Shown: one piece after another, positions 57,912 through 64,000 of the stretch
How the letters are laid out: each line of letters opens with the position of its first letter
How positions within the stretch are numbered: position 1 is the first letter of the stretch
Source of the DNA: Legionellaceae bacterium
GTDB lineage: Bacteria > Pseudomonadota > Gammaproteobacteria > Legionellales > Legionellaceae
Assembly (NCBI GenBank): GCA_029210085.1
Contig: JARGPP010000024.1
Coordinates: forward strand, 4,175 to 68,174
Length of the DNA: 64,000 nucleotides
Direction: 5' to 3'
The notes under the pieces: model-generated
Database searches by the model: none
The model's input: the letters and a program-made list of their open reading frames with translations, nothing else
Told to the model about the DNA's origin: nothing
Translations under genes and position numbers: made by a program

Positions 57912-59179
57912 GCCTGTTTGAGTCCTCTTAGGTAAAGCAACATAAACAGAAAACTAAAGAAAAAAAGGAGAGATGACAATATCAAGACCAAATGATGTAC
58001 AACAACGTGACCCACAAGTAACGCCGATAAAGAAAAACCCAATGCGGATATTTGTCCCAATGCCCCCATTCCTACTCCCTGCTCGGTGGAAAGTACACCA
58101 TCAGAGATTAGCTGTTTAAATGCCAATCGAACAATAGGAAAAACAAGATAAAATAAACCTGACAAAATCCAAACTCTCACAATGGAATCTTGCAAAAGAT
58201 AATGCTGTACCTCTGTTACCATAAAACCATATAAAAATAAGATACCGCTAAAAAACAATGCTATTTTTAAAAAATTATAGTAATGAATATATTTTAAAAA
58301 AATATTTGTTAAGCCATATAAGCTCACTAAAATAAGCGCATTCACACTTAATGAAAAAGTCCCAATGTTTGCTGAAGTATAGTGAAACATAAAGGCTAAA
58401 TATAAAGTGATCCCCTGAAGAAATAGCCCTGAGCCTAACTGAAACAATAAAAATGAGACGCCCAACCATCGCAATTGCTTACGTTGAAAAAGCATATAGC
58501 CAGCCTTAAATAATGTCCGCCATTGTATACTTTGATTATCCCGAGAAAACCGCTGTTTTTGCTTAAAAATGGAAACATCTATACGTTGAAAAAAGATAAG
58601 ATTTAACAGCCCGAATCCAGCGGCAATCAAATAAGGCGTAGCTAATTTATTTTCAATGTATAAACCATCACCTATAAAAACTGCAAGTCCTGGTCCAATG
58701 ACAAGCCCTAACTTGTCTGCAACAGCTGGGAGTTTAAAATGAGCAAATGCTTCATTATCATCTAGTTTTTCTCGCGTATTAATATCTCCAACAATGGCAT
58801 ATCCAATGTTTAAGGCTCCTCCAAAAAAACCGCCTATCGCGCGACAAATCATAAATAACAATAAACTATGTTGCATAATAGCAATCGCACTCAGGAGATA
58901 ATTCAAAGCTAATGCCTTGAGACTTATGACCAGAGGTAGTTTTCTCCCATACCTATCTGACATAGTCCCAAAAAATGGCATACTTAAAAAAGCCATAAGG
59001 GAGAAAAGAGTTAGTGACAAACTATACCAAAATGCATTACTTATGGAGCCACTCGTTATTAAGCCTAAAGGTACATCAAAAAACAACTGTGGCATAAAAG
59101 GCAGAACAATGCCTGTTCCTAAAGATTCAAGGAAAAATAAAAGACTGACACTGTACAATATCTTATTTTCTTTATGCAT
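57908..59179 (-). CDS. MFS transporter (DHA1, TetA-like)
   Basis: 423 aa with motif A (GTMSDRYGRKLPLV) and about 12 hydrophobic segments. Confidence 0.8.
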   Translation of the reverse strand: MHKENKILYSVSLLFFLESLGTGIVLPFMPQLFFDVPLGLITSGSISNAFWYSLSLTLFSLMAFLSMPFFGTMSDRYGRKLPLVISLKALALNYLLSAIAIMQHSLLLFMICRAIGGFFGGALNIGYAIVGDINTREKLDDNEAFAHFKLPAVADKLGLVIGPGLAVFIGDGLYIENKLATPYLIAAGFGLLNLIFFQRIDVSIFKQKQRFSRDNQSIQWRTLFKAGYMLFQRKQLRWLGVSFLLFQLGSGLFLQGITLYLAFMFHYTSANIGTFSLSVNALILVSLYGLTNIFLKYIHYYNFLKIALFFSGILFLYGFMVTEVQHYLLQDSIVRVWILSGLFYLVFPIVRLAFKQLISDGVLSTEQGVGMGALGQISALGFSLSALLVGHVVVHHLVLILSSLLFFFSFLFMLLYLRGLKQA

Positions 59180-59412
59180 AACCTAAATTGGCACCCCACC
59201 TACTTGGCCCAACTCATTCAGGCCATCCATTTAAGAACAAATATCGATATATCAACCATACCAATCAGTATTTAAATATTCAATTAATTTTATTCTTAAT
59301 CATCTTGTGCATTTTTAAACTTTTTTGCGGCGGGCCGCCTCTACATAGATTTCATGTGTTTCATAATAGACGAGTCTGGTTACATGATAGTTAGCTATAA
59401 AACAGGTAGGTC

Positions 59413-60306
59413 TCACTTCAAGTAAACCCCTGCCGTATCTAAATATGTAATAATATGTTTTCCAATAGACTCATGTGCACGTGCAGATAAGTGACTTGAA
59501 TCAAAAAACAGGTACTCATTGCAATGGGTTAAATCAGCTTCCGTCTTCTGACAAGACTCTCTGACATTGGTCAATCCATAAGCACTAGGATGATGAATCA
59601 CATCTAAAAACAATGGACTCACATTAAACGCTAGCCAATCTACATCAGGATACTGTTGACGCAATGCTTCAAGCATAATTTCAAGTTTCATATTATGCTG
59701 ATGGGCTAAATAAGAAAGTCGCTCCTCTGAATCAAGCTCACGTGCTTTAGGGGAAACACCCAGTTCGGGTAAGTTAATCACCATAATATGTTTCATACCT
59801 TTTTGAAGCATCAAATCGATATTTCTTTGAATGCCTGAAACAGTTAAATCAACGGCCTCATCTAAATCATTTTTTGTAAATACATAGTTATTTGCTCCTA
59901 TCCAAATCACATACAAACTTGACGCATCAGCTGTATCATTATGTGTTTTTAAATAACGTTTGATTTGTCCTGTCAAATTAAACGCAGCCCCATCATCATC
60001 GATGTCATCATCTTCTTTATCTTCTTCTTCACTACTTACACCCGCGCCACCAAAAGCGTAATTCAAATGATGCGCTTCTGCGGTACCCGGATAATAATGT
60101 TCGAGCACATGCTCAATCCAAACCGGCCCATTCGAAAGTCGGCCTTTATAATAAGGCGGCGAAGGTGGATATTGGTGCTTCGTATAGGCATAAATATTAC
60201 CGGTATCTGACAAACTATCACCAAATACAACGATTTTATGGATAGGAGACGCGATTGCATGCCCCAAAGATAAACCTAAAAACAAACTTAAGATAAGCGC
60301 TTTCAT
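59413..60306 (-). CDS. Secreted GDSL/SGNH lipase, Aeromonas GCAT / Legionella PlaA-like
   Basis: 297 aa with a signal peptide. Block I is VVFGDSLSDTGNIY...SPPYYKGRLSNGPVWIEHVL, very close to Aeromonas GCAT. Block III is WIGANNY and block V is FFDSSHLSARAH. Confidence 0.87.
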   Translation of the reverse strand: MKALILSLFLGLSLGHAIASPIHKIVVFGDSLSDTGNIYAYTKHQYPPSPPYYKGRLSNGPVWIEHVLEHYYPGTAEAHHLNYAFGGAGVSSEEEDKEDDDIDDDGAAFNLTGQIKRYLKTHNDTADASSLYVIWIGANNYVFTKNDLDEAVDLTVSGIQRNIDLMLQKGMKHIMVINLPELGVSPKARELDSEERLSYLAHQHNMKLEIMLEALRQQYPDVDWLAFNVSPLFLDVIHHPSAYGLTNVRESCQKTEADLTHCNEYLFFDSSHLSARAHESIGKHIITYLDTAGVYLK

Positions 60307-60478
60307 GGCTCTTCTTTTCGATAAAATTTATATTAAAGTACTTAAACTATTAAGCAAGAGCAAGATCAAAATAAAAGACCTGATTAGATTCCGCTCAAGT
60401 TACTTGCATTGAATGGGTATATAAGATAGAAATAATTACTAATATAATTGCTTTAATCCCTACAGGAGGCTACTTTTC

Positions 60479-61282
60479 ATGAGGACACTCACCAAAATAG
60501 CCACCGTATCTACGCTATTTAATCTTTTAATTTGCTCAGCAGCAAGTGCATCATACAATAAGAATCCTGCATCTATTGGACTCGTCGAAGAGCTTATCCA
60601 ACAAGCAGCGTATACAGCAGGTCCTGGTATTTTAATCAGTCGTGATCATGTGATTAGTCAAACTCCTACCTATACAATCGGTCAAAACACACAAGGGGGT
60701 ATTATTATTTATCTTGATGACACAAAACAACATGGTTTGGCCATAGCACTTTCAGATGTTGCAAGTGCTGCTTTTTCAAGCCTGACAGTTGGCAGTACTA
60801 CCGATTATGTCGATGCAACAGGCCAGTCTAATGGTATTGGCGGAGGCGCATTAAATACTCCTGCTATTCAAGGTGCGATTGCAGGTTATCGGGCATCTCA
60901 AGGCCTCAGTGGTGGCGCAACAGGATTTGCAGGCTGGTATGCTACTTTCCATCGAGCAGTTGATGACGGCTCATTATGTCCAGAAGATGATAGAACTGTC
61001 CCTACAGAAACTTGCTACGGGGACTTTTACCTCCCAAGTGTCAACGAACTTCAAGTGATTATCAATAACAATGGTACCGATAATCTTACGCTCATTAATA
61101 CAGCCCTTTCAGTGGCACAAGGCGGCACCCCGCTTTCAAGCACCACAACTTATTGGACCTCTACCACCGATAGAAATGCTTCAGGACAATTCGCATTTGC
61201 CATCACCGATATCAATACAGGTACAGCAGAAAGTAAAGATTTTGGTGGTAACTATGCCGTGCGGCCAGTCAGAAAGTTTTAA
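60479..61282 (+). CDS. Secreted DUF1566 (Lcl C-terminal domain-like) protein
   Basis: 267 aa with a signal peptide (LFNLLICSAASA). It contains GGIIIYLDDTKQHGLAIALSD, FYLPSVNELQVI and YWTSTT...AFAI...YAVRPVRKF, all typical of DUF1566. Confidence 0.7.
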   Translation: MRTLTKIATVSTLFNLLICSAASASYNKNPASIGLVEELIQQAAYTAGPGILISRDHVISQTPTYTIGQNTQGGIIIYLDDTKQHGLAIALSDVASAAFSSLTVGSTTDYVDATGQSNGIGGGALNTPAIQGAIAGYRASQGLSGGATGFAGWYATFHRAVDDGSLCPEDDRTVPTETCYGDFYLPSVNELQVIINNNGTDNLTLINTALSVAQGGTPLSSTTTYWTSTTDRNASGQFAFAITDINTGTAESKDFGGNYAVRPVRKF

Positions 61283-61303
61283 AGGCCACCCAAACAATAA
61301 AAA

Positions 61304-62245
61304 TTACTCAAATTTAAAACCGGAGTCATCTAATAATTTAATGCCCCACTCTGCAATATAACGATGTGCACGCCCAGATGGGTGCACAGGGTCGAAAAAT
61401 AAATATGTATCACACATATTTTTCCGTGCCTGAAGTTTAATGCGAGAAGCCATATTTAAAATAGACTGTGAAGACGCTTCATAATCAAGCGTATCATAAC
61501 AAGTCCCTGTTACATTCTTAAAGCCATAAACCGATGGATGCTCTAAAGCTTCAACCAATAACTCATTTACATCATAAAAAGCCCATTTCACATCAGGGTG
61601 AGTTGTTTTAAAAGTATCAACTTCTGCTGCAAGTTTTGTATTATGTTGATTGGATAAATAACTTAAATCCGCCATCGCTTCAAATTCCAATGCCATAGGA
61701 ATTCGGCCTAAATCAGGCACACCTACCACTAAAATATGTTGTGCACCTTTCTCGATAAGCAACTCAAGACTTCGTCGAATACCTGACAGTGTAAATTGGA
61801 CTTCATCATCTAAATCTTCAGGAAGAGATAAATAGTTATTAGAGCCCATCCATACCACATACAAACTAGCCGGATCAGCTTTATCATCATGCGCAAGTAA
61901 ATAGCTACTGACTTCGCTATCTAAATTGAGCATAGCGCCATCACCAATATCATCATCATTTTCATCTTCACTGCCCACACCTGAGCCACCAAATGCATAA
62001 TTAGCAAGGTGTGACTTAGAATCTACAGGAAAGTAATGTGCTAATACATGCTCAATCCAAACCGGTCCATCGGTAAAGCGCCCTTCATGATAAGGGGGAG
62101 AGAGGGGAAGTTGGTGTCGCATATATTCATATAAATTACCTGTATCTGACAAGCTATCGCCAAATACAACCACCTTATTCACAGGTACAGCCATGACAGC
62201 ATTCATACAAAAGAACAAACACAACCCCAACCACTTCGCTTTCAT
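61304..62245 (-). CDS. Secreted GDSL/SGNH lipase, GCAT/PlaA-like (paralog with long Cys-bounded loop)
   Basis: 313 aa with a signal peptide. Block I is VVFGDSLSDTGNLYEYMRHQLPLSPPYHEGRFTDGPVWIEHVL, block III is WMGSNNY and block V is FFDPVHPSGRAH. A loop CYDTLDYEASSQSILNMASRIKLQARKNMC precedes block V. Confidence 0.87.
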   Translation of the reverse strand: MKAKWLGLCLFFCMNAVMAVPVNKVVVFGDSLSDTGNLYEYMRHQLPLSPPYHEGRFTDGPVWIEHVLAHYFPVDSKSHLANYAFGGSGVGSEDENDDDIGDGAMLNLDSEVSSYLLAHDDKADPASLYVVWMGSNNYLSLPEDLDDEVQFTLSGIRRSLELLIEKGAQHILVVGVPDLGRIPMALEFEAMADLSYLSNQHNTKLAAEVDTFKTTHPDVKWAFYDVNELLVEALEHPSVYGFKNVTGTCYDTLDYEASSQSILNMASRIKLQARKNMCDTYLFFDPVHPSGRAHRYIAEWGIKLLDDSGFKFE

Positions 62246-62302
62246 AAAACCCCTTACTCTGTTATTCCATATTAAGCTGCTGAAAACAAAAAATTCACGA
62301 TA

Positions 62303-64000
62303 CTAAACAGTGCCCATAGACGTCAACTTCAATGGACGGCCGCATACCCAGGCGCGTTTTAAGCCTAAGAAAGCTTCTTTAGGTAACTCACGAGGTAAGC
62401 GCACTGTAGAATGATCTTCATGAATTTTAAGCCCTGTAATCAAACGACTTTGCAACCCACCTTCATTCGCTATTGCACCCACAATATTTGCAGGTTTCAC
62501 CCCATGAATTCGTCCAACATCCAATCGAAATAATTCTTCTGCATGTGATGCACGACGATGCTCACGTGATGCATGGCGTGGCGCACCCTGAGCCGACGCA
62601 CGATTACGATTTGAGTGCGAATCACTTCTTGATGAACGTTCACCTCTTGAGCGCTCGGGCTTTGATGGGGGTAATACACTTTCAAGTTTCCAAGGCTTAT
62701 CTCGATTTAATTGCAAAGCAAGTGCCGCTGCTACATCTTCAGCTGCAACATCTTTATCTTTTAAGTAGGCTTGAATAATTTTCTGATAATCCCCCAGGTT
62801 TTTATGCTCAAGGCGCATATCAATACCCGCCATAAAATGAGTCTCTCGAACGGCTTGAATCATTTCATCTGTTGGAATGGTTGTTTTAGTAATGGCTTGC
62901 TTTGTATGACGCTCAACCACGCTTATCATGCGTGCTTCTCTCGGTGAAACAAATAAAATAGCTGTCCCACTTCGACCGGCACGTCCGGTTCGTCCAATCC
63001 TATGCACATACGTTTCACAATCATGGGCCATATCATAATTAATCACGTGGGTTACGCGCTCTACATCTAAACCACGTGCCGCAACATCTGTTGCCACCAA
63101 AATATTTACAGCACCTTGTTTAAATCTTGCAATCGCTCTTTCACGAAGCGCTTGTGAAATATCCCCATGAATAGCCATCACGCGATGTCCATGTTCCTGC
63201 AAAAACGTCGCTACTTCTTCCGCACCATTTTTTGTACGTGTAAATACAATGACACCTTCATGCTGCTCTACAGCTAACACACGTAATAATGCATTGGGCT
63301 TTTGTACCTGTGAAGCAAATAAAAAGCGCTGCTCAATACTCGCGACTGTCGCTGTTTTTTCACGAATTTCAACCGAGACAGGTGAATTTAAATAACGGTT
63401 TGCAATTTTACGAATGGGTGGGGGCATTGTTGCTGAGAACAAAGCAATTTGTCGTTTTTCGGGCAAGTTTGAAAGAATACGCTCAACATCATCAATAAAC
63501 CCCATACGGAGCATTTCATCGGCTTCATCGAGCACAAATGTTTTTAACTGATTTAATTTAAGAGAACCACGCTCAATATGATCAAGCATTCTTCCTGGTG
63601 TTCCAACAACAACATGTGCACCCTCTTTTAATCGTTTCAGTTGAGGATGATAATCTTGGCCCCCACACAGTGCGACGGCACGTGAACCACGCAAATGTTT
63701 ACTCAGTGCTTTTACATGCATTTCAATTTGTAAGGCTAACTCGCGTGTTGGTGTGATAATTAACACCTGCGGACACGCCTGGCTTAAATCAAGCTGTTCA
63801 AGTGCAGGTAAAACAAAAGCGGCTGTTTTACCCGACCCTGTATTAGACTTACCAATTACATCTTGACCATTTAACAAACAAGGAATTGTTTGTTGCTGAA
63901 TGGGAGAAGGTTTTTCATATTTTAAATCTCGCGTTGCCTGAAGTAATGGCTCAGACAAATTAAGTTCAGCGAACGACTTAACTTCGATTGAATGTAGTTC
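62303..64000 (-). CDS. deaD: DEAD-box ATP-dependent RNA helicase DeaD/CsdA, 5' end beyond window
   Basis: The frame remains open to base 64000 (ELHSIEVKSFAELNLSEPLLQA...). Motifs present: PSPIQ, NTGSGKT, DEAD (VLDEADEML), SAT and HRIGRTGRAG. The C-terminal DbpA-like domain is preceded by an Arg/Ser-rich linker. Confidence 0.92.
   Translation of the reverse strand, partial: ELHSIEVKSFAELNLSEPLLQATRDLKYEKPSPIQQQTIPCLLNGQDVIGKSNTGSGKTAAFVLPALEQLDLSQACPQVLIITPTRELALQIEMHVKALSKHLRGSRAVALCGGQDYHPQLKRLKEGAHVVVGTPGRMLDHIERGSLKLNQLKTFVLDEADEMLRMGFIDDVERILSNLPEKRQIALFSATMPPPIRKIANRYLNSPVSVEIREKTATVASIEQRFLFASQVQKPNALLRVLAVEQHEGVIVFTRTKNGAEEVATFLQEHGHRVMAIHGDISQALRERAIARFKQGAVNILVATDVAARGLDVERVTHVINYDMAHDCETYVHRIGRTGRAGRSGTAILFVSPREARMISVVERHTKQAITKTTIPTDEMIQAVRETHFMAGIDMRLEHKNLGDYQKIIQAYLKDKDVAAEDVAAALALQLNRDKPWKLESVLPPSKPERSRGERSSRSDSHSNRNRASAQGAPRHASREHRRASHAEELFRLDVGRIHGVKPANIVGAIANEGGLQSRLITGLKIHEDHSTVRLPRELPKEAFLGLKRAWVCGRPLKLTSMGTV

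Noticed and set aside
62473-62778. His-rich 101-aa plus-strand ORF and a nested 62-aa minus-strand ORF within deaD.
   Set aside because: They lie antisense to, or out of frame with, the Arg/Ser/His-rich linker region of DeaD. This is a compositional artefact.
1-64000. Looked for CRISPR arrays, tRNA/rRNA genes, integrases, toxin-antitoxin pairs and known defence-system hallmarks (nucleases, TIR, Sir2, reverse transcriptase, STAND ATPases).
   Set aside because: No direct-repeat/spacer periodicity was seen. There is no tRNA-like T-arm/acceptor pattern in intergenic regions and no ORF with those motifs. The helicases present (dbpA, deaD) are ordinary DEAD-box housekeeping enzymes.

Overview
This is an AT-rich gammaproteobacterial chromosome segment. 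Its gene families suggest a Legionella-like (Legionellales) organism: Aeromonas-GCAT/PlaA-type GDSL lipases, a DUF1566/Lcl-type secreted protein, a MOMP-type porin with an ALYIQP motif, a Sel1-repeat protein and pilCD. That assignment is an inference from eye-level similarity, not a database result.

About 60 genes are present and most are housekeeping: mrdA-rodA, rnhB, pdxB, gltA, pilCD, ogt-kdsB, trmJ with a cysteine desulfurase, suhB, sppA, clpB, hslVU, deoB-zur, rpsU-yqeY-dnaG-dksA, waaA, rsgA, dbpA, djlA and deaD. I found no rRNA, tRNA, CRISPR array, prophage or intact mobile element.

Accessory-looking material lies in three places:
- 21.4-23.5 kb: a small islet of unassignable ORFs and about 415 bp of non-coding DNA.
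- 27.2-42.1 kb, between clpB and hslUV: a secreted HxxxD-motif protein and its partner, a degraded IS5-family element with recognisable inverted repeats, an RND efflux pair, an ArfB-like GGQ protein, two atypical Nudix-like ORFs, a coupled glycosyltransferase and SH3/NlpC-P60 pair, and one ORF that appears to encode two complete outer-membrane barrels (omptin-like plus Omp25/31-like).
- 55.8-62.3 kb: two intact GCAT-like lipases and a 3' remnant of a third, a porin, a signal-peptide-bearing LOG-like protein and a DUF1566 protein.

I did not find a convincing self-contained multi-gene novel system, and no defence-system hallmarks are visible. The strongest leads are the two-barrel omptin fusion, the Nudix-like ORFs with interrupted Nudix boxes, the secreted LOG-like protein and the GCAT paralog array. 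All functional calls rest on motifs and remembered family sequences read by eye, so each needs an HMM or BLAST check.
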